A stretch of 64,000 bases of DNA from Leucoraja ocellata (Eukaryota), in assembly GCA_036785375.1 (NCBI GenBank), contig JAWMAR010000415.1, positions 186,001 through 250,000 on the forward strand, written 5' to 3'. The notes below the pieces were generated by a model that was given only the letters and a program-made list of their open reading frames with translations, did no database searches and was not told where the DNA came from. A program made the translations under genes and the position numbers. Below, one piece after another: positions 50,578 to 64,000 of the stretch. The stretch's first letter is position 1, and every line of letters starts with the position of its first letter.

Positions 50578-52817
50578 GTGAGTGATTTAAACAAGATGAT
50601 AACGTGAACAGTTCAAATAGTTCTGCAGTCATCCATGGAGTAGAATCAAAGCTCTATCCAATTGGCACACTCATTTTATTTAAGATACCATTGGGCTATT
50701 TCTTCCAAGAAAATCACCTCCCAAATGTCACTGCCCACAGCACGGAAGGATATATAATCTGAAAATTATAACTGAGCAACTCTTGTTCTCCCTTCTTAGT
50801 CTTTTTGGTTGTTCTTCACTGTTGTCTAGAAGGAGGAGATTAATGCTACAGTATGATTGAATAAGTGCAGGCAGTCATATGCTTTCCCTAAGTGGTCATT
50901 TGTCACTTGCAATCACAGTGAGTTTCAGTGGGCAATTTGATCTTGGAAACAAAAGTGTTCAAGATACAGAGGAAGGCATGCTCAAGCATAGACGGTAATA
51001 CTTTTAATGCTAAGTAATCTCAATTGTTTATTCTAGTTTTGAAAAAATAATGGTTTGGTTGATTTGAAAGATTCCTACCAACCTCAGTATAACGGTACCT
51101 CTGCCAGACCTGATGGCTTGATTGGGAAGCAAGCAATGAAGTGCATATCATTCTGTGTGCATGATTCTCTTGCCTATTCAAATTAATGTGTGGGCAGTGG
51201 TGAAAATGATATGTTAATAAATTTCCCTGATTTAACTTCTTGCCCTTAAGCAAAACGCTTGAAATTGCTCATCATTTGGCATTTTATTCTAAGTCCAAAA
51301 GATGGCAAGATATGAGAAAAATAAATCAGTGTGTGTGTGTGTTATATATTTACCAGAAAATACTGTGAGACTTTTTGGGTCTTTTGCCAGGAGCAAGTGA
51401 TAGAAAGGGGGACATTCTTAATATCTTAAAAATGTATGTACATAAATATCCATTGGGTATATTGTGCTCAATACATCTGGGTCAAAGTCTCTCTAGTTAT
51501 GGGTCCTAATACTCCTAGACTTCCAGTTGGCTGGGTTTTGCTGGGCAATGTAACATTTCTTTTTACCAATATTCACATCATACAATCGATTATTTCTATA
51601 CACTTGAGCATAAAATCCTATTTTTAAAATGTGTTGTTTTTGCAGTGAAATGGTTGCAAATATTGTTTGGAGAAAGGTTGTTTCATTATTTATATCAATG
51701 GGAAAACAAGGAAATTAGCCTGACATATGTGTTTCACATCACAGGAAAGTACTTTGACTTCTAAAGTGCATGAGCACAGAGAGTGACATTTATTGGCGTC
51801 ATGGAGTCGTACAGCACAGAGCGGGCTTCCTCACCCATCACGTCAAGGCCAATCGTGTTGCCCAGCTACAGTAATCCCAGGTGCATTAGGTCCCTATTCC
51901 TCTGTGCTTTTCCTATCCAAGTGCCAGTCAGGCACTGGTCAGGAAAAGGTAGGAGGCATGGGACAGGTATAGGAAGCCGGGATCAATTGTATCCCTGGAG
52001 GAGTTTCAAGCACTGAGCATATTTAAGAAGGAAATCAGAAGGGAAAAAAAGGGGGCAGGGGATAGCTCAAGCAGATAATATTAAGGGAAACCCTTTAGAA
52101 ACAAAAATGGATATCTCTGTGTGAAGCTGAAGGAGATTGGCCAGGTCCATAATGAGTAGGAAAGAATTGCAGATGCTGGTTAAAATCGAAGATAGCCACA
52201 AAATACTGGAGTAAGTGAGCGAGACAGGCAGCATCTCTGGAGAGAAGGTGATGTTTCGGGTTGAGATCTGAAACGTCACCCATTCCTTCTCTCCAAAGAT
52301 GCTGCCTGTCCCACTCAATACTCCAGCATTTTGTGTCCATAATGAGTATTTCTCCTCTGTGTTTACTGTAAAAACGATGTAAAGACTGGGGAATTTAGGG
52401 TAGTTGATGGAAGTGTTTGAGGACAGTCAGTATTACAGTCTAGGAGGTGCTGAACATCTAAGGGTGGATAAATCTCCCAGAATCTTCTCACCTATCTCAT
52501 GAGTTTTTTGAGGAGATAACTAAAAAACGTGAAGACGGCAAAGCCATGAACGTTGTCCAAATGGACTTCAGCAAGGCATTTGATTCCGCATGATAGGTTG
52601 CTCTGAAAGATTAGGTGGCATGGGATCCATGGACAGCTGGCCGACTAGATTGAGAATTGGCTTCATGGAAGGAAGCAGTCAAAGAGGGATACAGCATGGA
52701 AACAGGCCCTCGGCCCAACTTACCCACACCGGCCAACATGTCCCAGCTACACTAGTCCCACCTGCCCGCCTTTGGTCCATATCCCTCCAAACCTGTCCAA
52801 TCCATGTACCTGTCTAA

Positions 52818-53211
52818 AGGGCCTGTCCCACGGGCATGCTACCTGCAGGCGGCAAGCGCGACCTAAAGGGCCGGTCCCACCAGCATGCGCCTGCATGCGG
52901 CAAGCGCGACCTAACGTGGTCGCTTGAGCGTGGTCTCCCGGGGCCGGTCCCACTTTGATCGCTGGAGCCATATGGAGTTGTGCGGAGCTGGTCCCAACAT
53001 CGCGCGGGGCTCCGAAAAACTGACCGTGTGTAAAAATATCGCGCTGCAACGGCCTGCTGGCCCGCAGCTGCCTCGACATCGTGTCACTCACTCGACCTCC
53101 GTGCGGCTCCCGCTTCTGGTTTGGTCGCGCTTGCCGCATGCCGTACGGCTCAAGCGGCCACGTTAGGTTGCACTTGCCGCATGTAGGTCGCAGGCACGTG
53201 GGACAGGCCCT
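52818..53211. mobile_element. Harbinger-type MITE inserted in a CR1 3' end
   Basis: TAA|AGGGCCTGTCCCAC ... GTGGGACAGGCCCT|TTA; the flanks rejoin into a CR1 tail sequence. Confidence 0.8.
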
Positions 53212-53569
53212 TTACTGTTTTTTAAATGTTGGGATAGTCCCAGCCTCAACTACCTCCTCTGACAGCTTGTTCCATACACCCAGATTCCTATTAAATCTTT
53301 TCCCCTTCAACTTAAACCTATGTCCTCTGGTCCTCGATTCACATACTCTGGGCAAGAGAATCTGTGCATCTACCCGATCTATTCCTCTCATGATTTTATA
53401 CATCTCTATAAGATCCTCCTGCGCTCCAAGGAATAGAGTCCCAGCCTGCCCAACCTCTCCCTACACCTCAGACCCTCTAGTCCTGGCAACATCCTCGTCC
53501 CGTTTCCAGCTTGACAACATATTTCCTATAACAAATACCCAGAACTGAACACAATACTCGAAATGCGAG

Positions 53570-54490
53570 GGTGATGATGGATGGTTGTTTTACGGACTGG
53601 AGGCCTGTGACGTGTGGTGTGCCTCGGGGATAAGTGCTGGCCCCATTGTTGTTAATGGTTTATATCAACGAGTCAGATGAAAATGTGCAAGGCATGATTT
53701 GCAAGTTTGTAGATTACACAAAAGTAGGTAGTCTTAAGTGCGAGGTATTGCATTTGGGAAGTCAAACCAGAGCAAGGCCTTCACAGTGAATGGCAGAGCT
53801 CTACGGAGTGTTGTTGAACAGAGGGATCTAGGAGTACAGGTACAAATTTCCTTCAAAGTGTCATCACAGGTAGATAGACTGGTCAAGAAGGCTTTTGGCA
53901 CATTGGCCTTCATTGGTCAAAGTATTGAGTATAGAAGTTGGGAGGTTATGTTACAGTTGTACAAGACATCGGTGAGGCCACATTTGGATCATTGTGTTCA
54001 GTTATGGTCACCCTGTTATAGGAAATATATTGTAAAGCTGGAAAGGGTACAGTAAAGACTTACAAGAATGTTGCCAGGACTCGAGGGTCTGAGCTATAGA
54101 AAGAGGTTGATCAGACTAGGACTTTATTCCTTGGTGTGCGGGAGGATGAGGGGTGATCTTACAGAGGTCTATAAGATCATGAGGGGTAAATGCACAGAGT
54201 CTTTTACGCAGAGTCAGACGACATAGGTTTAAGGTGAGGGAGGAAAGATTTAGTAGGAACCTGAGGGGCAACTTTTTTAAACAAAGGGTGGCGTGTGTAT
54301 GGAACGTGCTGCCAGAGGAAGTAGTTGAGGCTGGTACTATCAAAACGTTTAAAATAAATTTGAACATGTACATGGATTGGATAGGAGGAATATGGGCCAA
54401 ATACAGCCCAATGGGACTAGTGTAGATAGGGCATGTTGATCGGCGTGGGCAAGTTGGGCTGATGGGGCTGTTTCCATGCTATATGACTCT
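53570..54490 (+). mobile_element. CR1 LINE RT 3' fragment (upstream pieces at about 52340-52680)
   Basis: QRDLGV, KKAFGTLAFI, LYKTSVRPHLDHCVQLWSP and WNVLPEEVVEA motifs. Confidence 0.85.
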
Positions 54491-54864
54491 GACTTTAAAT
54501 GTCTTTTCAATGTTTTATCTCAACAATTAATATACATGAACATGCCTTGGGAAGAGTTGGAATGAGGCCATAAAAGATAGCAATGATCCAAAGCTAGTAA
54601 TGAATTATACCCCAAGTATTTTAACAGTATGTAATCACCATTAAAGATCTCATGCAGATTTTATTATCCAAAATAATTTGATAAATAGAGTTGTACAGCA
54701 GAGAAACAGGCACTATGCCGAGCATTATGCCAAAATATACTAATCCCTCTTACCTGCATTAATTATTAATTCCATGAGCCTCACCACGACAGTGCTCATT
54801 CAAGTATATGAAGATGCTTCTTGAATATTTTTACTGTTCCTGCCTTCACCACCTCTGGCAAGTC

Positions 54865-57660
54865 ATAGAAACGTAGAACATAGGTGCAGGAGGAGGCCAT
54901 TCAGCCCTTCAAGCCAGCACCACCATTCATTGTGATCATGGCTGATCATCCACAATCAGTAACCCGTGCCTGTCTTCTCCCCATATCCCTTCATTCCACT
55001 AGCCCCAAGAGCTCTATCTAACTATTTTAAATTCATCCTGTGAATTGGGCTCCACTGCCTGCTGTGGCAGAGAATTCCACAAATTCACAACTCTGGTTGA
55101 AATGTTTTTTCTCATCTCAGTTTTAAATGGCCTCCCCTTTATTCTAAGACTGTGGCCCCTGGTTCTAGACTCCCCCGACATAGGGAACATTTTTCCTGCA
55201 TCTAGCTTGTCCAGTCCTTTTATAATTTTCTTTGCTTCTATAAGAGATCCTCTCATCCTTCTAAATGCCAGTGAATACAAGCCCAGCCTTTCCAATCTAT
55301 ACTCATATTACAGTCCCGCCATCTTGGGGATTAACCTCATGAACCTTCTCTGCACTTCCTCAATAGCAAAAATGTCCTTCCTCAAATTAGGAGACCAAAA
55401 CTGCACACAATAGCACAGATGTGGTCTCACCAGGGCCCTGTACAACTGTACTTTACTCCTATACTCAAATCATTATGAAGGCCAACATGCCATTAGCTTT
55501 CTTCACTGCCTGCTGTACCTGCATGTTTACTTTTAGTGACTGGTGTACAAGGACACCCAGGTCTCGTTGTACTTCCCTTATTCCTAATCTTACACCATTA
55601 GAGATAATAATCTGCCTCCTTGTTCTTGCCGCCAAAGTGGATAACCCCACATTTATCTACATTATACTGCATCTGCCATGCATCTGCCCACTCACTCAAC
55701 CTGTCCAAGTCACCCTGCAACCTCCTAGCATCCTCTTTGCAGTTCACACTGCCACCCAGCTTTGTGTCATCTGCAAATTTGCTAGTTACTTTTAATTCCA
55801 TCATCTAAATCATTAATATATATTGTAAATAGTTGCGGCCCCAGCACCAAGCCTTGCGGCACTCCACTCTTTGTTTCTTGACTGTCAACCAATTCTCTAC
55901 CCATGTCAATACCCTACCCCCAATACCTTGTGCTCTAATTATGTCCACTAATCTCCTGTTTGGGACCTAATGAAAGACTTTCTGAAAGTCCAGATACACT
56001 ACATCCACTGGCTCTCCTTCATCCATTTTACTTGTCACACCCTCAAAAAAATCCAGAAGATTAGCCAAGCATCATTTCCCCTTCATAAATCCTTGCTGAC
56101 TTGGACCAATCCTTTTACTGCTATCCAAATGCGCCGCTATTACTTCTTTAATAATTGACTCCAGCTTCTTCCCCACCACCGATGTCAGGCTATAATTCCC
56201 CATTTTCTCTCTCACTCCTTTCTTGAAAAGTGGGATAACATTAGCTACCATCCAATCAACAGGAACTGATCCTGAATCTATAAAACATTGGAAAATGATC
56301 ACCAATGTGTCCACAATTTCTAGAGCCACCTCCTTGAGTACCTTGGAATGCAGACCATCAGACCCTGGGGATTTATCAACCTTCAGTCCCATCAGTCTAT
56401 CCAAAACTATTTCTAGCCTAATGCAAATTTCTTTCAGTTCCTATGTCTCCCTAGATCATCTGTCCTCTAGTACATCTGGGAGATTGTTTATGTCTTCATT
56501 AGTGAATGCAGAACCAAAGTACCTGTTCAACTCTTCTGCCATTTACTTGTTCCCCATAATAATTCCACTTGTTTCTGCCTTCAAGGGACCCACATTTATC
56601 TACTAATGTTTTTCTCTTAACATACCTCAAGAAGCTTTTACTATCTTTCTTTACATTCTTGGCCAGCTTACCTTCGCACTTCATCCTTTCACCCAGTATT
56701 GCCCTTTTTGTTACCTTCTGATGTCCTTTGAACGTTTCCCAATCCTCTGGCTTCCCTCTGCTCTTAGCTATGTTATACATCTTCTCTTTTATTTTTATAC
56801 TGTCCCTAACTTCCCTTGTCAGCCACAGTTGCCTCCTACTCCCCTTAGAATCTTTCTTCCTCTATCGAATGAAATGACCCTGCATCTTCTGGATTATGCC
56901 CAGAAATTCTGCCATTGCTGTTCCACCGTCATTCCTGCTAGTATCCTTTTCCAGTTGACCTTGGCCAGCTCACCTCTCATGCCTTCATAGTTCCCTTTGT
57001 TCAACTGCAACACTGACATTTCTGATTTAACCTTCTTCCTCTCAAATTGTAGATGAAAACTTATCATATTATGGTCACTACCTCCTAGCGGTTCCTTTAC
57101 TTTGAATAAATACTCTTATTAAATCTGGTTCATTGGATAACACTAAATCCAGAACTGCCTTCTCTCTGGTCGGCTCCAATACAAGTTGTGCAAGAATTCA
57201 TCTGTGAGGCACTCTACAAACTCCCTTTCTTGGGGTCCAGAACCAACCTGGTTTTCCCAGTCTACCTGCATGTTGAAATCTCCCATAACCACAGTGGCAG
57301 TATCATTTGTTACATGCCAATTTTAACTCCTGCTGCAACTTGCACCCTATAACCAGGCTACTGTTTGGGGGCCTGTAGATAACTCCCATTAGTGTCTTCT
57401 TACCTTTACAATTCCTCAATTCTATCCACAGCGACTCTACATCGTCAGTCCCTATGTCACCTCTCGCAAGGGACTGAATTTTATCCCTCACCAACAGAGC
57501 TACCCCACCTCCTCTGCCCACCTACCTGTCCTTTCTATAGGACGTATAATCCTGAATATTCAGTTCCCAGCCCCGATCCTCCTGCAACCATATCTCTGTA
57601 ATCCCCACAATGTCATATCTACCAATCTCTAACTGAGCCTCAAGCTCATCCACTTTACTT
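54865..57660 (-). mobile_element. CR1 LINE ORF2 (endonuclease + RT), about 2.8 kb, degenerate
   Basis: GRGGGVALLV, GVIYRPPNS, KSPGSDGLH, FADDTKLGG and LWNSLP motifs; (TAGAA)-type 3' tail at the left end. Confidence 0.9.
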
Positions 57661-59924
57661 TTCATTCCAGATATCTATTGTCTTTTGTGAGAAATTTACC
57701 CCTCTTACCTTAAACATATGCCCACTAGTTTTAGACACCCCCTGCCACCCCCCTGCTCTAGCTATCTATGCCTTCTTTGCCATCTGGTACATTATTTTCA
57801 AATGATTCAATGATACTTTACTGTCACTTGTGAAATGCTTTGTTTTGCATCCAACGTGGTTAAATCATACAGCAGAACTCACCTTAGCAGTACACAGGAG
57901 TCGCAACATTTCTGGCGCTGACAAAGTTACATCAAGTTAGTCAAACACATGACAGCAGGCGACCCAGGGCTGCATCCCCCCACTTCATTCTTGACGGTCT
58001 TATGCCGTGTCTCCCCCTGCACTGTCAGTGACCCCTCGGCTTTCAGAGGTTGCTCGCGCGTCCTCGGTCCTCGACGGGCCTCAAGTGTGTCGGGCCCACT
58101 GGCGGCCACTCTAACCTCGGTCCTTGGCGATCCTTGGTCCCCAGTCTGCAGCAAGCGGGTTCAGTGGCAGGCGAGCTGGGCCTGCTGGTGTGCTTGGCCA
58201 CAGCTCGCTGGGATGCTGCCAGCACCTGGTTCAAGTCCTCAACTCATGTCCCCCAATGGCAATTTCATTATTTCACAACATTTAGTGCAAGATTAAGTCC
58301 GACTAAAGATAGTTCAAAGTTCTCTACTAAGATAGATGGGAGGTCAGGACTGCTTTCAAATCGGTTCAGTTGCCTGATAACAGCTGGGAAGAAACTCCCT
58401 GAATCTGCTGCTGTGCATTTTCAGACTTTAATACCTCTTGCCTGATAGGAGAGAGGAGAAGAGGGAATGACCAGGTTGAGACTGGTCCTTGGTTATGTTG
58501 GCGGCTTTGCAGAGGCTGCGTGAAGTGTAGATGGAGTTAATGGAAGGCATATTTAGCCAACACTGTCCCTTCAATGAGATTGTATATTAACAGGGCTTAT
58601 TTAATTTGGATAAGGAAGAAATATGCAGAAAATATTTGGGGAATTCTTCTAAACCAAATTAATTATGTGTATACAAATTAGCTTTGTAGTGGACCATGTA
58701 TGACTGTAGATACTAGATTCTTCAACCTGAGATTGACATTAACCATGCTGCTAAACAAGTGAAGTATTGGCAGTGATGTGCATAACACTGTGTTAAATCA
58801 TTTTATTCTTGTGCAATTATGATTTCATACACAATTAACTTTTACCAGCTTCTATGTTCTTAATTGCAATTGTTTAATTTCTTGTAACAGGTTACTTTTT
58901 TATGTGATTTGGGCAATCAAAAATGGATTCTTGAAAAGTCAGAATTTGAAGTTTACAAAATCCTTTTGCACTAATTTTCCCAATCTTGATATTTTTTAGG
59001 GTTTCCCGAGTTGTGAAAGATCTATTCTACAGCATAATATCCATGATCCTCTGAGTCAGAGAATTGCAAGGATTTTCAATCCCTGTCATGTCATGTGTTT
59101 AATTTTTAGAATAACTATGACATGAATAAATTCAAAGGTAGACACAAAATGCTGGAGTAACTCAGCGGGTCAGGCAGCATCTCTGCAGGGAAGGAATGGG
59201 TGACTTTTCGCTTCGAGACCCTTCTTCATGAATAAGTTTAATGGAAACCAAATTTTGGAATTTCAAGAAAACTAGAGTATTGATCCAGATAAAATGTTAA
59301 CTTCTAAGTAACTTTGAATTTATATAAAGAATCGCAGAATTCAATTAGGAATCAATTAGGAATCCTGACATACTGATACACTCCTTTATATTTAGCAAAC
59401 TGTTGATTAACATTCATTTGAACATTTTGTTACATATAAACCAATGGTTCTTCTGCTGTTTTACCAGATTTGTTCCAGTAATCACCAATTAACTATAAAA
59501 ATTTGAATGCAGAATACATTTTTTTCTTTCTGAACATAAGACAAGCACTTGAGACGCCTTTAAAAGTGCTCTAATGTTTTAAAGTTGGAATATTGCGGTT
59601 GAGACACAAACTAAATAAATTTGCGATAACATCATGATTGGATTGACTGCTGGCAAATATTCACAGAGTTTTTCAATATTTATTTTTAAGCTCTCCATTT
59701 TACATGCTGTTGATATAATATTGCAATAACAACAAAAGTTGATTAAGGAAAGTGGTTTATCGGGTAGATTACCTGCTTAGAAAATCAAGTGGAACTTCTG
59801 ATCAGTGACCATTTAGTGGAGAATTATTATCACTATTTTGCTTGGTGATAAGAGTTTATTATGTATTGATTAAGATTGATTATAATTTAAAGAATTTCTA
59901 AATCATATTCTTTCCCCTTTTTAA

Positions 59925-61512
<1,588 letters not shown>

Positions 61513-62129
61513 CAGACATTATTCAGTGATAGACACAAAATGCTGGAGTAAACATTTATCAATTGCAGATTTATACCAGTTAACAGTTCACATCTGTGCA
61601 CCTTCCACGTATTCGGTAAGCTATCGATCAGTGAATTTACACATGGGATTTAAAAAAAATTCTGTGGTAACTGTTCTCATCATTGTAATTCTCAAGACCC
61701 AACGCATTGAACATAGAACAGTACAGAACAGGACCAGACCCTTTAGTCCACAATGTCTACACTGTTCACGTTGTCTTCTATAGCTAATCCCATGTGCCCG
61801 AGTATTGTTCATGTTCATGCGTCTATTTAAATATCTCTTAAATTAAACTATTATATCTGCTTCCACCAGCTCCCCAGCAGCTAATTTCAGGCTCCTTCTA
61901 CTCTGTCTTTTGACGACCTTCCTCACTATTCCACATTCCGTAATTCCTTATGTAAATCAAATGTTATGCAAGTTGCAATCACCTTAAAACTAGGCAGAAA
62001 CAAAGAACTGCAGATGTGGGTTAATACACAAAACAATGTGAAGTGCTGGAGTAACTCACTGGGTCAGGCAGTATCTCTGAAGGACATGAATAGGTCAGGA
62101 CCCTTCATCAGTCTGCCGAGTTACTCTAA

Positions 62130-62653
62130 AGGGCCTGTTCCACGAGCATGCGACTGCATGCGGCTAGCGTGACCTAACGTCGCTTGAGCCGTACGGCCTC
62201 GCGGGGCCGGTCCCACTTCAATCGGCGGAGGCGTATGGAGTTGTGCGGGGATGGTCCCGACATCGCGCGGGGCTCCGAAAAACTGACACTGTCCAAATAT
62301 TCCGCGCGATAACAGTCTATTGGCCCCCAACCGCATTGAGGCCGTACGCACCGTCTCGACGCCGTACGCAGCGTCTTGACAGCGTACACCTAGCGCGTGC
62401 CATTGCGCGATGACGTCACCGCCCAGCGTGCCGTTGCATGATGGCGTAACCGCCCGATGCCGTGCGATGTCCAAATTCAGTCGGCCCGCCTCCTGCCCAG
62501 CTGATTGGTGAGTATGATGTCGGGACCAACCCCGCACAACTCCAGATGGCTCCGCGGGTGGAAGTGGGACCGGCCCCGCGAGGCCGTACGCCTCAAGCCA
62601 CCACGTTTGGTAGCACTAGCCGCATGCAGTCGCATGCTGGTGGGACAGGCCCT
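62130..62653. mobile_element. Harbinger-type MITE, complete, TAA TSD
   Basis: TAA|AGGGCCTGTTCCAC ... GTGGGACAGGCCCT|TAA with about 140-bp imperfect inverted arms. Confidence 0.85.
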
Positions 62654-63231
62654 TAACACTTTGTGTCATTTCACCTTAAAACTAGACACCGATGCCGCTG
62701 GTGTGTACCAGCGAGCCATTCTTCACCAGCTGCCACGCTGTCCTGTTGACACGGTTGTTGTTGCAGCTCATGTTGTAGCCCCTGGCCAATAGCGCTTTCT
62801 TCAGGCCGCTGCCACCGATAGGACCAGCTCGGTCACCGTGGGGCTCCTTCCCCTCCCACCAGCTACCGCCTCTTCCTGTTGGCTGTCACTTTATCCACCA
62901 CTGTCACCACTGCCTCCTCCTTCCTCCCCGCAGTCATGACCTTTTCCACCCGTGTCTATTGAAATGGGCAAGTAATCACTTCTGTTGACACACATGCAAT
63001 GATATCCTATGTAACGTATAGACTTTAGTATTTTTAGCAGTGACACAAAAACTTAAAGCTATTAAGCTGGCCATTATTTATGAAAATTACTGGAATATCA
63101 TAAATTCACATAAAGATTGGATTAATAATTTGTATGCCACCCACAAATGAAGTGGAAAATGCAGTGATACGTGCATTAACAGTTTACCAAGGTGAATAGT
63201 TTACTGATATTAAATTCTGTACTCATAATAA

Positions 63232-63327
<96 letters not shown>

Positions 63328-63471
63328 TAAAATGCATTGCTTCAATCATTACATCAACTACAAAAAGCAGTTTCGCCAATTGTTTTTACCCGTATCAATA
63401 CAAGGATATATAGAAAGAGCCACAATAACGTAGCAGGAATAAGCCTTTTGATCCCTTTTGACGGCTCTGGA

Positions 63472-64000
63472 GTAAGATGTTGGTAGTGGGGAAGATGCTT
63501 GAGTCGATTGTTAAAGATGTAATAACAGCGCATTTGGAAAGTAGTGACAGAATCGGTCAAAGTCAGCATGGATTTATGAAGGGGAAATTATGCTTGACTA
63601 ATCTTCTGGAATTTTTTGAGGATGTAACAAGTAGAATGGATAAGTGGGAGCCAGTGAATGTGGTGTATCTAGACTTTCAAAAAGCCTTTGACAAGGTCCC
63701 ACACAAGAGATTAGTGTGCAAAATTAGAGCACATGTTATTGGTGATAGGATAGGATATTGACATGGATAGAGAACTGGTTAGCAGACAGGAAGCAAAGAG
63801 TCAGACTTAACGCGTCCTTTTCAGAATGGCAGGCAGTGACTATTGGGGTGCTGCAAGGCTTGGGTATTTACAATATATTAACGATTTAGACAAAGGAATT
63901 ATATGTAACGTCGCCAAGTTTGCAGATGACAAAAAGCTGGGTGGCAGTGTGAGCTGCGGGGGGGGGGGATACTATGAGGCTGCAGGGTGACTTGGATAGG
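63472..64000 (+). mobile_element. CR1 LINE RT fragment
   Basis: QHGFMKGKLCLTNLLEFFEDVT, YLDFQKAFDKVPH and FADD motifs. Confidence 0.9.

Overview
Eukaryotic, repeat-rich genomic DNA, most likely a cartilaginous fish (skate/ray-type CR1, HE1/V-SINE and Penelope repeats). The whole window lies inside one + strand gene, CAMK2D (Ca2+/calmodulin-dependent kinase II delta). It holds six kinase-domain exons: exon 4 (8055-8109), exon 5 (46000-46065), two duplicated 73-bp exon-6 alternatives (49559-49631 and 50505-50577), exon 7 (59934-60036) and exon 8 (63239-63322). The introns carry decayed transposons: CR1, L2, Rex/Babar and RTE LINEs, Penelope pieces with minimal hammerhead-like motifs, Harbinger-type MITEs, a Tc1 DD34E element, a pogo/Tigger-type non-autonomous element, two Helitrons and a full-length DIRS element. 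The most notable observations are (i) a U1 snRNA variant fragment embedded in the DIRS gag region, (ii) a Helitron family carrying an apparent captured SAC3D1-like exon fragment with its splice donor, (iii) the mutually exclusive exon-6 pair with RBFOX/QKI-type motifs and (iv) a tRNA-Met-like segment inside a DNA transposon. All family and homology calls were made by eye from remembered motifs; no database search was run.
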